The position numbers were made by a program, and so were the translations under genes. Shown in pieces: positions 1 to 10,774 of a stretch of 64,000 bases of DNA; position 1 is the stretch's first letter; every line of letters starts with the position of its first letter. The stretch is from Candidatus Velthaea sp. GTDB lineage: Bacteria > Vulcanimicrobiota > Vulcanimicrobiia > Vulcanimicrobiales > Vulcanimicrobiaceae. The DNA lies in contig CBDCCS010000018.1 of assembly GCA_965214935.1 (NCBI GenBank), positions 352,001-416,000 on the forward strand, written 5' to 3'. Below the pieces are notes generated by a model. It searched no databases, was not told the origin of the DNA, and was given only the letters and a program-made list of their open reading frames with translations.

Positions 1-558
1 GACGATCGCTGCGGCATAGCCGGCGACGCCCGAACTATCTTTGAGCCCCGCCACCGTGCCGGCGAACGTCATACTTAGACGCGCAACGAGCGCGGCCGAA
101 AACGTGAAACCGGATAGCTGCGGAAAATTATACAGGTACAGACGCAAGCGATTGTCGCTAAGCGCTTCGATCAAACGTTCGTAGAACGCAAAGACGCCGT
201 CGTCGATCAGGCCCTTGAAATAGAACGGCGGGATCACCAGTTGTCCGCCGAATCCGAGTTCGACGGCGGTGCGCGTCAGCACGATCGCGTCGGCAAGTGC
301 CGCTGCTCCCGTACCGACAAGAAACCGCGATAGCGGTAGGCCCGCGGTGCCGACCGCGTGCATGACCTCCAAGCGCGCCGCGACGCTCAATGACGTCGCT
401 TCACCGGTCGTGCCGAGCAGATTGATCGCATCGCAGCCGTGGGCGAGCAGCCTGCGGCAATGCGCGATCAGCATCTCCGCATCGGGCGCGAGTGCGGCAT
501 CGAGCGGAGTGACGACGGCGGCACAAACGCCGCCGGGGCGTTGCTCCCAACTCGCCAT
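1..558 (-). CDS. Dihydrodipicolinate synthase (DapA/NAL) family aldolase, 3' end off the window
   Basis: Manual translation from ATG at 558 (RBS GGAGGGAG): GVCAAVVTP, LLGTTGEA, GTGA, PPFYFK, LYLYNFPQ, KDSSG motifs. Confidence 0.9.
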   Translation of the reverse strand, partial: MASWEQRPGGVCAAVVTPLDAALAPDAEMLIAHCRRLLAHGCDAINLLGTTGEATSLSVAARLEVMHAVGTAGLPLSRFLVGTGAAALADAIVLTRTAVELGFGGQLVIPPFYFKGLIDDGVFAFYERLIEALSDNRLRLYLYNFPQLSGFTFSAALVARLSMTFAGTVAGLKDSSGVAGYAAAIV

Positions 559-641
559 CGATCTCCCTCCCTTGACGCCGCGTCAAGATTGCATTAAGGT
601 CCGATGAACGCGATTGTTAACAGTTCACCGATGTCACTCCT

Positions 642-1349
642 TTGGAGGCGGCGACTGACGGCGTGGATCCGTTCAAGCAACTTGTAAGCGAACTCGGCCT
701 ACCCGATCGACGGAGTTTATCCGACGATGTGGTTGATCGTTTGCGCGCCGCGATCGTTCGCGGAACGTTCGTTCCGGGCCAGCATCTTAGCGAAGCGGCA
801 CTCGCCGATATTTTCGGCGTCAGCCGCGGACCGATCCGCGAGGCGTTCGCTCAACTCGAACGCGAGGGTTTGTTGAAGCTCGAACGTCATCGTGGCGCGC
901 GCGTCACGTCGCTCTCGACGCGCGACATCGATGAGATCTACGAACTGCGCGTTGCGCTCGAGCGGCTCGCAATCGATCGGGCGTGCAAGTTTGGAATCGA
1001 AAGTGATTTCGTCGCGATGGCCGAGATCGTCGAGGCATTGCGCGATGCGACGCAACGCGAGGACGTCGTCGCGGTCGTCGAGTGGGATGTCCGCTTTCAC
1101 GATTCGATTTACGTCGCGGCAAAGCACGATCGGCTGTACCAATCATGGTCGATCCTGCGACCGCAAATCGAGACGTTTCTCTTCTCGCGTTCGATGGACC
1201 AACGCAACTATCTCGACAAAGCCGTGCACGAACACGTCGCATTGCTCGATATCATCCGTCAACGCTCGCGTGCCGCAGCGACGGCGATGATCGAAGACCA
1301 CATTCACAGCGCGTACGACCGTCTATCGCGGTTGTCCGCCGACCGCTAA
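642..1349 (+). CDS. GntR/FCD family transcriptional regulator
   Basis: wHTH LSEAALADIFGVSRGPIREA plus FCD domain (D..FH, HEH..L). Confidence 0.92.
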   Translation: MEAATDGVDPFKQLVSELGLPDRRSLSDDVVDRLRAAIVRGTFVPGQHLSEAALADIFGVSRGPIREAFAQLEREGLLKLERHRGARVTSLSTRDIDEIYELRVALERLAIDRACKFGIESDFVAMAEIVEALRDATQREDVVAVVEWDVRFHDSIYVAAKHDRLYQSWSILRPQIETFLFSRSMDQRNYLDKAVHEHVALLDIIRQRSRAAATAMIEDHIHSAYDRLSRLSADR

Positions 1350-1376
1350 TGCTTACTTGTCAGAAAGAGCTCGATC

Positions 1377-4300
1377 GTGATGTCTCGGTATCTCTTTTGC
1401 ACGACGTTCGTCATCGCACTATGCTGCGCTATGGTTTCGGCGGCGTGGGCCGGTTCGACCGGCACGCTGAGCGGCGCCGTCAGCGACGCGGCAGCCGGCG
1501 CACCGGTAAGCGGCGCGAAAGTCACCGCCGTAAGCCCCTCGCAATCGGCAACCGCAACGACCGATGCCGGCGGACACTTCGTCTTTCTTTCGCTCGCACC
1601 GGACACGTACAGCATTGCCGTTGAAGCCGCCGGCTATCAAACCTTGAGCACCAGCGGCGTGACGATTTATGCCGATCAGACGCAAAATCTGCCGCTCGGC
1701 ATACGTAAGGCGTTGCGAACGATCGGCAGCGTGACGTCGCGCTCCGCGCAGCAACTCGTGCGTCCCGGTGCCGTCGCCGATTCGTATTCCGTCAATGCCG
1801 CGACACAAGCGCGGATTACCGGGCTCAACGGCGGCGGTTCGCTCAATCAAGCTTTTTCGGCATTGGCAGCGACGCCCGGCGTGTACGTGCCCTCCGGCCA
1901 GAGCGGCTGGTCGCAAATGGCCGGCGTCACGATTCGCGGCGGTACGCACAGCCAAGTCGGCTACGAGTTCGACGGCGTTCCGGTCAGCGTCGGAATCAAC
2001 GGCTTTCCGGGCAACAACCTTTCAACGCTGGGTCAGCAAGAAGTGCAAGTGTATAGCGGCTCGGCACCGCTGAATTCTGAATCGCAAGGCATTTCGGGTT
2101 TCGTCAATCAGGTCGTCAAAACGGGAACCTATCCCGGCACGACGACCGTCGATGTCGGCTTGGGCAGCCCGTCGTTTTACCACAAGTTGTCGGCCGAGTT
2201 CAGCGGAGCGACGAAAAACCGGCTGTTTTCGTATTACGTCGGGTTTCTCGGCGCCAATCAGGATTTCCGCACGGTCGATCAATATAACGGCGCAGCTTAT
2301 AACTCGGTCTACGGTCCGGTCTACGCAGCGTTACCATGCCCCGGCGGCGCGCAAGCCGCCAATTACGCCGGTTGCTATGCCGCGACGACACCCGGCGGGC
2401 TGGGCGTCGGGCCGGGCGGGTTCGTTCGGGCACCGGTGAATTTTCTCGCGCCCGCGTACCAAGAAGATCGCGAAAACGTCGTCAATTTGCATTTAGGCGT
2501 TCCGCACAAAGACGGCGGGCGCGACGACGTACAGTTTCTGTATCAAACCGGCGGCATTACCTCGCAGGTCTTTTCATCGGCCAACGACTTGGGCGTCGCG
2601 CCGTACGCGTATCCGGTCGGTCACATCTATACCGGACCGCTCGGCGGGCTACTCCCGGCAAACTACGCGTCGCTCGTGCAGTCGTATTCGTTTCCGTCAA
2701 ACGGCGGAACCGGATTGATCTCGGCCAACGAACGCGACACGCAGCATAACGACCAGGCCATCCTCAAATTGCAGTATCAGCACAACATGGGCAGCAATGC
2801 GTACGTGCGCGCATATGCGTACTCGCTGTATTCCGATTTCTTATGGTACGCACCCAATGGAGCGAGTTCACCGGCGAGCGCATCGTTCGGCGAACCGCCG
2901 GATTACAAATTGTGGACACACGCGACGGGCTATAGCACCGAGTTTGCCGATCAGTTGTCGCCGCAGCATCTGCTCATGGCGCAGGCGTCGTTCACGCACG
3001 CGCCGTCGGTGCGTGACAACAGCACGACATGGGCGACGGGCGGTAACACGCCGTTTGCCGTCGCGGTCGATTCGACCAATCCCGCCGCCGGCTTGTGTTA
3101 CATGGTTGCAGGCGGCGTAGCGACTGCGGCATCGTGCCAACGCGGCGGCGGTGCATCGGCCGTAACGTACAACTCCGCAACGGGTGCAACGGCGGCGCCG
3201 GCGTCGCTGGCCGGCGTTACCTGCGGCGCCGGGCCATGCGCATACTACGCCGTCGACAACGGTTTGAGCGGCGCGTTCAACAACATCGCGCAAAATACGG
3301 TCTCGGGCAGCTTGAGCGATCAATGGAAGCCGACCGACCGCTTTACGATCGAGTACGGTTTACGCTATCACGATTACCAAATTACCGGCGCAAATACCGA
3401 CACGGGGACGCGGCCGTTCTGGTTCAACGCCTACAACACCGATTATTGCGTGAACGTCAATCCGGGCAGCACGCCGGTCTCGAAGAAGAGTCTGGCTATC
3501 CCGGTCACTGCAACGTGCGCGACGGCAAATCGGGGCGGTCTTGCGTTCACATCTCCGGGCTTGACGAACGAACCGGCGAACTATAACTTCATCGAGTTCG
3601 AGCCGCGCATCGGCTTGACGTATGCCGCGAGTGCAAACGACGTCTTCCGGCTTAGCTACGGCAAATACACGCAGCCGGCGCCGACGGCATATCAGCAGTA
3701 CAACACGCATCAACAGAACCTCGCGGCCTATCTCGCGCAGCGCTTTTACAAGTACGGCTACGTCGGCGCGGGCCACGATATCCCGCCGCAAGAGTCATAT
3801 AATCTCGACGGTTCGCTCGAGCACGGCTTCAAGAACTCGGACGTTTCATTCAAGGTCACGCCGTTTTACCGCACGACGAAAAACGAATTGACCGAGTTCT
3901 TCATCGATCCGGCCAACCAGCTCACGTCGGGTCTCGCGGTCGGGTCGTTGCGCACGAGCGGCGTTGAAGTGCAATTGCGCAAAGGCTCGTTCGACCGCAA
4001 CGGCTTCGCGGCGCTGCTTTCGTATACGTATACAAACGCGCGGATCCACTACAATACGCTGCCCGGCGGCGGCTCGATCATCGCTCCGATCAACAACGAC
4101 ATCAAAACCTACAACGCCTATACGTCGTTTTGCGCGACGCATGCCGGCGACGCGCGTTGCGGCGCGACGTCGACGGGCGTTACCTCGGCGCCGTGCTTCA
4201 CGGCGGGCGGCGCACCCGACCCCGCCTGCGCGGCAACGAGCTTCGCCAATCCGTATTGGAACGCGCCGGTGCAGAACGTGCTCGACCCGGGCGGTTCGTA

Positions 4301-4970
4301 TTGGCCGACCGATCCGGTCGTCGCGACGACGGGTTTGGGCGTCAACGGCTATACCGAGCCGCATGTCGCGACGTTCGTGCTCAACTATCGCCACAATGCA
4401 TTCGCCATAACACCGTCGTTGCAGTTTCAAGGCGGTCAGCGCTACGGTTCGCCTGAAGCGAACGCCGGTATCGATCCGGCCGCCGGCTGCGGGACGCTCG
4501 GGGGTGCGACGGCGGGCGATCCGCGTTATCCGTACGGCAGTGCCGGCGGCGCGCCGTACAACGCGCTGACATGCGCTGCTGCGCTCAATGCCATACCCAA
4601 CGTGTTCACCGGCAAGTTTGATTCGATCGGCGCGTTCACGTCACCGTCGCAGCTCATCGGCAGCCTTACTGCGTCGTACGATATCAATAAGCGCGTGACG
4701 CTATCGTTGACCGCCGCCAATCTCGTCAATCAGTGCTTCGGCGGAACCAAAGCGGCATGGACGGGGATCGGCTCGCCGCACGTATGCTCTTATGAATCGG
4801 GCGAAGTGTCGCGCGCGTATGCGCCGACCGGTAACGCCTACAACCCGGGCGCAACGTTCGATCCGTTTGCGCGAAATCCGTACTTTGCGTATCTCGGGCC
4901 GTACACGATGGGCGTCGTCAATCCGAACGCGCCGTTCTCACTCTATCTCAACGCGTCGATCCGGCTATAG
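1377..4970 (+). CDS. TonB-dependent receptor-like outer-membrane protein with N-terminal carboxypeptidase-regulatory-like domain
   Basis: Signal peptide; GTLSGAVSDAAAGAPVSGAKV domain; plug-like IRGG...FDGVPV; beta-rich body; C-terminal LYLNASIRL. Confidence 0.75.
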   Translation: MMSRYLFCTTFVIALCCAMVSAAWAGSTGTLSGAVSDAAAGAPVSGAKVTAVSPSQSATATTDAGGHFVFLSLAPDTYSIAVEAAGYQTLSTSGVTIYADQTQNLPLGIRKALRTIGSVTSRSAQQLVRPGAVADSYSVNAATQARITGLNGGGSLNQAFSALAATPGVYVPSGQSGWSQMAGVTIRGGTHSQVGYEFDGVPVSVGINGFPGNNLSTLGQQEVQVYSGSAPLNSESQGISGFVNQVVKTGTYPGTTTVDVGLGSPSFYHKLSAEFSGATKNRLFSYYVGFLGANQDFRTVDQYNGAAYNSVYGPVYAALPCPGGAQAANYAGCYAATTPGGLGVGPGGFVRAPVNFLAPAYQEDRENVVNLHLGVPHKDGGRDDVQFLYQTGGITSQVFSSANDLGVAPYAYPVGHIYTGPLGGLLPANYASLVQSYSFPSNGGTGLISANERDTQHNDQAILKLQYQHNMGSNAYVRAYAYSLYSDFLWYAPNGASSPASASFGEPPDYKLWTHATGYSTEFADQLSPQHLLMAQASFTHAPSVRDNSTTWATGGNTPFAVAVDSTNPAAGLCYMVAGGVATAASCQRGGGASAVTYNSATGATAAPASLAGVTCGAGPCAYYAVDNGLSGAFNNIAQNTVSGSLSDQWKPTDRFTIEYGLRYHDYQITGANTDTGTRPFWFNAYNTDYCVNVNPGSTPVSKKSLAIPVTATCATANRGGLAFTSPGLTNEPANYNFIEFEPRIGLTYAASANDVFRLSYGKYTQPAPTAYQQYNTHQQNLAAYLAQRFYKYGYVGAGHDIPPQESYNLDGSLEHGFKNSDVSFKVTPFYRTTKNELTEFFIDPANQLTSGLAVGSLRTSGVEVQLRKGSFDRNGFAALLSYTYTNARIHYNTLPGGGSIIAPINNDIKTYNAYTSFCATHAGDARCGATSTGVTSAPCFTAGGAPDPACAATSFANPYWNAPVQNVLDPGGSYWPTDPVVATTGLGVNGYTEPHVATFVLNYRHNAFAITPSLQFQGGQRYGSPEANAGIDPAAGCGTLGGATAGDPRYPYGSAGGAPYNALTCAAALNAIPNVFTGKFDSIGAFTSPSQLIGSLTASYDINKRVTLSLTAANLVNQCFGGTKAAWTGIGSPHVCSYESGEVSRAYAPTGNAYNPGATFDPFARNPYFAYLGPYTMGVVNPNAPFSLYLNASIRL

Positions 4971-4981
4971 CTACGTCAACG

Positions 4982-6175
4982 ATGTCACCGGCTTCGGCCG
5001 CCGATGACGATTTCGCTCTGGGCCGGAAACTTACCGAGATCGCCCTTGGGCTCGACGCACTCGAACGAGCGACGAATCGCGGCGGCGGTGCGCTCGATAC
5101 CGAGGGCCTCGTGCCGATCTACATCGGCCGCGATCTGTGCACGCCCACGGCGTTTCGTGATTACACCGGCGTGCGTGATGCGTTGTCCGAACTCGGTGCA
5201 GCCACGGTGAACCTTGCAGAAAGCGCGCGCACGCTATTTTTACGCGCGATGATTCGCTCGCTCGATGCGGCAACGCGGCTGTTCGCCGGCGAAACGCTCA
5301 GCTTCCAAGAGAAGCTCAGCGAGCTCGTCGGCGTGCCGGCCGAACCGGTCGGCCATGCGACGATCGCGCAGATACACGATCGGCTCGATGCGCTCATGAC
5401 GGCGCGCGGCTTTACGACGGGTTCACTCGGCGAGCGCGTAACGGCGTGGCAAACGGGACGCTATCTCGATCCCGATGCAATCCCCGGCATTTTCAACGAA
5501 CTCATGGCGATCGCGAAAGCGCGCACCGACGAACGCATTCGGCCGACCGGCAACTACACGATGAAATTACGCGCGCTGCGAAACGTTCCGTACGCTGGGC
5601 GCTGTTCGTTTGCCGACGGTACGATGGAGATCAATCTCGATGTGCGCGTCACACGGTCCGCGCTCAAGCATCTAGTGTGTCATGAAGTGTTTCCGGGTCA
5701 CTCGACGCAGTTGCTGACGACGCGCGCCGCCGCCGCGCACGCGCAACGCCCGCTCGACGCATTGCTGTGCACGGCGAACTGCGTGACGGGTGCCGTGCAA
5801 GAGGGCATCGGCGATCAAGGAATCGACCTCATCGATTGGATTGAAGACGAAGACGATGCCGCGCAAATTGAAGTTCGGCGCCTACAAACGGCAACCGGGA
5901 CGAATGCGGCTTGGCATCTGCATGAATCCGGTTGGACCGCCGATGAGTCAATCGCTTATCTCCGTGATGTCGGATTCGGACAGGAGTCATGGGCGCGCGT
6001 GCGCACCGGCATGGCGCAGCACCCGTTTCGCGCGCCGTTTCTCGCATCATACTGGTTCGGCAACGAAACGGTGAAAGCGCTGCGCGAAGCACCGGCAACG
6101 AATCGCGCACAGCTTATCGCCGCGCTGTTCGACGAAGTGCACTCGATCGATAGTCTCCGGCTTGCGGTCGCGTGA
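4982..6175 (+). CDS. Hypothetical protein, DUF885-like putative metalloprotein
   Basis: HEVFPGH and EG motifs, C-terminal SYWFG. Confidence 0.55.
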   Translation: MSPASAADDDFALGRKLTEIALGLDALERATNRGGGALDTEGLVPIYIGRDLCTPTAFRDYTGVRDALSELGAATVNLAESARTLFLRAMIRSLDAATRLFAGETLSFQEKLSELVGVPAEPVGHATIAQIHDRLDALMTARGFTTGSLGERVTAWQTGRYLDPDAIPGIFNELMAIAKARTDERIRPTGNYTMKLRALRNVPYAGRCSFADGTMEINLDVRVTRSALKHLVCHEVFPGHSTQLLTTRAAAAHAQRPLDALLCTANCVTGAVQEGIGDQGIDLIDWIEDEDDAAQIEVRRLQTATGTNAAWHLHESGWTADESIAYLRDVGFGQESWARVRTGMAQHPFRAPFLASYWFGNETVKALREAPATNRAQLIAALFDEVHSIDSLRLAVA

Positions 6176-6205
6176 GCAGCGGTTCGGAACGTTAGGATAA
6201 GGCTG

Positions 6206-7225
6206 ATGACGCAACGCATTCGCTGGGGTGTTCTCGGCACGGCGAACATCGCGATAAAGCGCTTCATTCCGGGCGTTCGCGCGTCGTACAACGGCGAAAT
6301 CGCGGCGATCGCCGGACGCGACGCTGCGCGGGTGCGCGAAGTCGCTGCCTCGCTTGCGATACCCAAAGCGTATGATTCGTACGCAGCATTGCTCGCCGAT
6401 CCCGACATCGATGCGGTCTACAACCCGCTGCCGAACTCGTTGCACGCGCAGTGGACGCTAGCGGCAGCGGCGGCCGGGAAAGCGGTGTTGTGTGAAAAAC
6501 CGCTCGCGCTTTCCAGCGATGAGGCGCAAACGCTGATCGACGGTTGCCGCGAGCGTGGCGTCCTGTTGATGGAGGCATTCATGTATCGCTTCCATCCGCA
6601 ACACGAACGCGTTCGCGCGATCATCGCGGCCGGCGAAATCGGCGACGTTCGATTCGTACGTGCTGCTTTCACGTTTTTACTCGAACCGTTCAAACGCGAG
6701 AACGTGCGTTTGCAAGGCGACCTCGGCGGCGGTGCGCTCATGGACGTCGGCTGCTACACCGTCAACGCGGCGCGGATGCTGTTCGGCGAAGAGCCGCTTT
6801 GGGCAAGCGCGCAATGGGATTTCCGCCCGCAATACGGTGTCGAAGTCTCGCTCGCCGGAATTTTAGGCTTCGGCGACGGGCGCACGGCGATCTTTGATTG
6901 CGGATTTCGCGCCGCCGGACAAGGTTCATACACGGTCGCGGGAACCGCCGGGCAGATCGACGTTCCGACGGCGTTCGTTCCCAGCACCGATACGTTTCTG
7001 CGTATTACTGCGCACGGTGTTACGCGCGAGGAGCGCATAACGGCGGTCGACCAGTATCAGCTCGAAGCCGAAGAATTCGCCGACGCCTTCATTACGCGTC
7101 GCCCGTTACGCTTAGCGCCCTCCGACGCGCTCGGTACCTTGCGCGCAATCGAAGCGCTGCATCGTTCGGCGGCAGCCGGCGGTGCACGCGAACCGGTCGC
7201 CGGAACGCAAGCTGCCGGCATATGA
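6206..7225 (+). CDS. Gfo/Idh/MocA family oxidoreductase
   Basis: RWGVLGTANIA, CEKP, EAFMYRFHPQ, GGGALMDVGCY. Confidence 0.93.
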   Translation: MTQRIRWGVLGTANIAIKRFIPGVRASYNGEIAAIAGRDAARVREVAASLAIPKAYDSYAALLADPDIDAVYNPLPNSLHAQWTLAAAAAGKAVLCEKPLALSSDEAQTLIDGCRERGVLLMEAFMYRFHPQHERVRAIIAAGEIGDVRFVRAAFTFLLEPFKRENVRLQGDLGGGALMDVGCYTVNAARMLFGEEPLWASAQWDFRPQYGVEVSLAGILGFGDGRTAIFDCGFRAAGQGSYTVAGTAGQIDVPTAFVPSTDTFLRITAHGVTREERITAVDQYQLEAEEFADAFITRRPLRLAPSDALGTLRAIEALHRSAAAGGAREPVAGTQAAGI

Positions 7226-8166
7226 GCGACAACCTCATCGACGGTTTGCGTTGGGCGCACTACCCGATTCCCGCGACCGCCGCGGCGCCGACGATCGACC
7301 TAAACGTCGGCACCATCGGAAGCGGTGCGCCGGTCGGACTCATCGTCGCCGGGCAGCACGGCGACGAAGGCCCTTGGGGCACGCGTTCGATTCGTAAGCT
7401 GCTGGAGACAACGCCGGCAAGCGATCTGCGGGGAACGCTGCGCGTGGTTCCGGTTGCCAATCCGTTAGCGTTCGCCGAAAACTCGCGTACGGCACACATC
7501 GACGGCGACGACGTCAACATGGAGTTTCCGGGCGATGCCCGCGGCAAGCATACGCAGCGTTTGGCGCACGCGCTCGCCGTCAACGCGGTCGACGGCGCCG
7601 ACGTCGTGCTCGACATCCATGGCGGCGGAAGCTGGTGCGTCAATTGTTTCGTCTACCGTTTTCCCGGCAGTCACGAGTTGGCCGAACAAATCGGTGCGCC
7701 GTTCATTCGCAACGGACCCGAACGGGGAACGACCAGCTTGACCGGCTACGCAATGGCCCAAGGCGCGAAAGCCGTCTGGATCGAGGTCGGCGGCGCGGGC
7801 CTGCACGAGGAACGTTGGGCGCAGCTTGTTGCAACCGGCTTGCGCCGGGCGCTGGGATCGACCGGCGTGCTCGCTCCGGTCGCAGAAGCGGCGCCGGCAC
7901 CCGCGTTTGCGACCGGCGCCGCCGTGTCGTTGCGTACGGCGGCTCCGGGGTTGTACTTGCCGGACTTACGCGATGACGACGTTGCGCGTATCGTGCCGGC
8001 CGGAACGACGATCGGGCGTTTGATCGATCCGGTCACGAACGCCACGCTCGAAACATACAGCGCACCGTTCGCGCGTACGATAATAATGCTGCTGCGTCCG
8101 ACGTTGGCAGTTATGGAAGGCGGCGAGATGGTTTGCGTGCTCGCCGAGGCGGATGCAAGCGTTTAA
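7222..8166 (+). CDS. Succinylglutamate desuccinylase/aspartoacylase (M14) family hydrolase
   Basis: AGQHGDE, VPVANP, DIHGG motifs; ATG at 7222 overlaps the upstream stop. Confidence 0.85.
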   Translation: MSDNLIDGLRWAHYPIPATAAAPTIDLNVGTIGSGAPVGLIVAGQHGDEGPWGTRSIRKLLETTPASDLRGTLRVVPVANPLAFAENSRTAHIDGDDVNMEFPGDARGKHTQRLAHALAVNAVDGADVVLDIHGGGSWCVNCFVYRFPGSHELAEQIGAPFIRNGPERGTTSLTGYAMAQGAKAVWIEVGGAGLHEERWAQLVATGLRRALGSTGVLAPVAEAAPAPAFATGAAVSLRTAAPGLYLPDLRDDDVARIVPAGTTIGRLIDPVTNATLETYSAPFARTIIMLLRPTLAVMEGGEMVCVLAEADASV

Positions 8167-8290
8167 GCGGCATCGGCGAACGCAGACGCGCTCACAGCGA
8201 CCGAACGGCCATACACAATCTTCGATCGAGCGACACGCTGGGATATCGCCGAATAATACAAGTCGATGCGCACGTTTTGTTGTAGACAGA

Positions 8291-8926
8291 TTAAGCGTCG
8301 TGCGTAAGCTGCCACTCGACAGCGTTCGGCAAGAGATAGGCGACGGGCAGCAGCGCGTAGATCGAAACGCTGAGCGGGATGCTCGCAAATGCCGCGAGCG
8401 AGCCGCCGAGGGCTATCGTGGGATAGGCCGCTGCCCACCAGCGCGAACTTGCGATGGCACGCTGCGATCGCACGGCGCCGCTTCGAAGCCGGTAGCGCCG
8501 CTCGACGTAGAACCAGAGCGCACAGAAGGTTGCGCCTGTCGCGGCTTGTGCGAGCCCGTAGAATGCGACGATAGCGGCGAGGTTCCCATAGTCGGAGATA
8601 AGCTCGGTTGGAAACGGCAAGAACGCGACGACGATGAGCAGCGCGAGATTCAGCAACACCGTCGGCCGGTCGACATCCGTGAGACCCGTGAACACCGTGT
8701 GATGATTCAGCCAGATCACGCCGATGACGAGAAAACTCGTCACATAAGCGAGCAGTGGCCGGGCAAGGGCGACGAGCGCGTGCGATGCTTGTGCGTTCGA
8801 GGCTCCGTGCAGATCGGGGACCCGGATTTCGATGACGAGCAACGTGGCCGCAAACGCGAATACACCGTCGCTAAACGCCTCTAGCCGGGCAAGATTCATC
8901 AGGGAGCCTACCGGCTTGTCGGTCAT
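8291..8926 (-). CDS. TMEM175 family potassium channel
   Basis: RLEAFSDGVFAFAATLLV signature, W..HH, multiple TM segments. Confidence 0.9.
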   Translation of the reverse strand: MTDKPVGSLMNLARLEAFSDGVFAFAATLLVIEIRVPDLHGASNAQASHALVALARPLLAYVTSFLVIGVIWLNHHTVFTGLTDVDRPTVLLNLALLIVVAFLPFPTELISDYGNLAAIVAFYGLAQAATGATFCALWFYVERRYRLRSGAVRSQRAIASSRWWAAAYPTIALGGSLAAFASIPLSVSIYALLPVAYLLPNAVEWQLTHDA

Positions 8927-10560
8927 GCGTTGACGAGCGTTTTGAGAACGACGATGTGGCTCGGATACGATGCCGGCGTCAACAAGATGACATCCGCATC
9001 GCGTATACCGTATGTCGGCAACCGAAAGCGGGAGCGAGCAATCGCAGGATTAGCAACGCTGTGATCCTGTGCGTAGACGCGTGCGAGAGCGGGTGAGCTC
9101 CTTACGAGCGGCGCGAGCAGTAGGTCGCGACCGTCGGCGGGCAGCGACGCATGCGTAAAACGGTAATGGGCGAGCATGTCATGCAGCGCCGATTCCCATG
9201 GCGGAGCGATGAAACCGTCTCGTAGCTTCGGCGCATGCGCCATGAGCCGGAGGAGATTCGGCGATTCGACGTCGTCGAACCCGTAGAAGCGGCCGGCTTC
9301 CGCATTCCACGCGACCATGTTGAAGTCGGCATCGTGAAAGTGCGCCAAACCGTCCGGGTACGATCGGACGAACGCAATCAAGTCGGCGTCGGGCGCCGGA
9401 TCTTCGGCGGCAAAGCGGGCCGTGCACGATGCCGCGAGTCGCGTGAGATACGTCCGTTCACGCGCGCACAGCATGAGGGCGTCGGCAATGGCTCCTAACG
9501 TGCGCGGCGGCAGCGTGCCGATCCGGCCCTGTTCGAGCATCGTGTAACGGCTTACGCCGATGCCGGCGCGCTCGGCAACCTCGTCCCGCCGCAGCCCACG
9601 GGCGTGTCGACGCCCCAGCGGAGTGATGTTGACGTCCGCCGGCCGAATGGCTTCGCGCTTACCGCGCAGGAACGCACCGAACTCATTGCACCGTTTCGAG
9701 GCACGCGTCTTATCGCGCTGATCGATCGCATCGGGCCGCGCATCGCTTTCGGCGCGCGGAGCCGCGTCGCGCGTTAACTTTACGATGATGGTATACGTCG
9801 GAGCAGCGAATGACGTGAACGCCATTACGGCCGCATCGAGCGAAGATCCGTCCGGCAATCGAATGCGCGAGCGTTCCGACGGAGGCGACGTGAGAGCGCA
9901 CGAATCCCAAACATGCGCAAAATCGGCGTAACCATAAAATTCTGCGATCAAGTTGGTAAACGTGGCTCCGCCGTAGCGGCCGTATGACAGCCTGAGATGG
10001 CCGATCATCTGGGTCAGCACGTTCTCATACGACGGCTCGATGAAGCGATCGTGCATCGCAGCATCCGCAAGCATCAGGCGCAAAAGATTCGGGTTCGTGC
10101 CATGTTTGGTGAAATCGAAGAACGCGTCCGCTTGCACGTTGTACGCGACGACATCGAAGCTCGGTGCAAGAATGAATGCCATGCCGAAATCGGCGTTGCG
10201 TACGAAATCGAGCAATGTCTGCGGCGGAGGCGAGAGATCGGCATGTGGTGGAACGAAGGCGCCCGCAGCGAGTTCCGCGAGATGGTCGCGTTCGGCGCGT
10301 TGGAAGCGAAGCGCTCCGGCGATCGCATCGAGCATGCGTTGCGAAACGTTTTCGACGCGGCCCTGTTCGAGCATGCTGTACCAAGATACGCCGATCTCGG
10401 CGATCTCGGCTACTTCGCTGCGCCGTAAGCCGCGAACATGGCGACGCCCACCGTCGGGCAGGCCGACTTGCGATGGTTGCAAGTGCATGCGCCGCCGTCG
10501 TAGGAAGCGGCCGAAGTCGCGCCGGCGCGCGGTCTGAACCGATTCGAGGTCAACTAGCAT
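8923..10560 (-). CDS. Tandem-duplicated XRE/MmyB-type regulator (two HTH + ligand-binding repeats)
   Basis: Two copies of FG.FLR..R...GLRR.EVAE.A.IGVS.Y.MLEQGR, each followed by a PAS-like MmyB domain containing NLLRLM. Confidence 0.85.
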   Translation of the reverse strand: MLVDLESVQTARRRDFGRFLRRRRMHLQPSQVGLPDGGRRHVRGLRRSEVAEIAEIGVSWYSMLEQGRVENVSQRMLDAIAGALRFQRAERDHLAELAAGAFVPPHADLSPPPQTLLDFVRNADFGMAFILAPSFDVVAYNVQADAFFDFTKHGTNPNLLRLMLADAAMHDRFIEPSYENVLTQMIGHLRLSYGRYGGATFTNLIAEFYGYADFAHVWDSCALTSPPSERSRIRLPDGSSLDAAVMAFTSFAAPTYTIIVKLTRDAAPRAESDARPDAIDQRDKTRASKRCNEFGAFLRGKREAIRPADVNITPLGRRHARGLRRDEVAERAGIGVSRYTMLEQGRIGTLPPRTLGAIADALMLCARERTYLTRLAASCTARFAAEDPAPDADLIAFVRSYPDGLAHFHDADFNMVAWNAEAGRFYGFDDVESPNLLRLMAHAPKLRDGFIAPPWESALHDMLAHYRFTHASLPADGRDLLLAPLVRSSPALARVYAQDHSVANPAIARSRFRLPTYGIRDADVILLTPASYPSHIVVLKTLVNA

Positions 10561-10774
10561 TTTGGTCGAGTTAATTCAAAATTTATGCGCCGTTGTCATT
10601 TCCGAAACGTCTCATAGTCGATCACGGCAAGAATGAGGTTACCTGCCTTGTAAAAATGCTCGCAGCCGATCCGCATGAAGGTCGGCAGTCCCAATCAAAA
10701 GGCGACGACGAGCGGCTTGCACGCGTGTCGTGCGTCACGGCATCAACCGGCGCCGCATAGGATCGACCGCTCAT

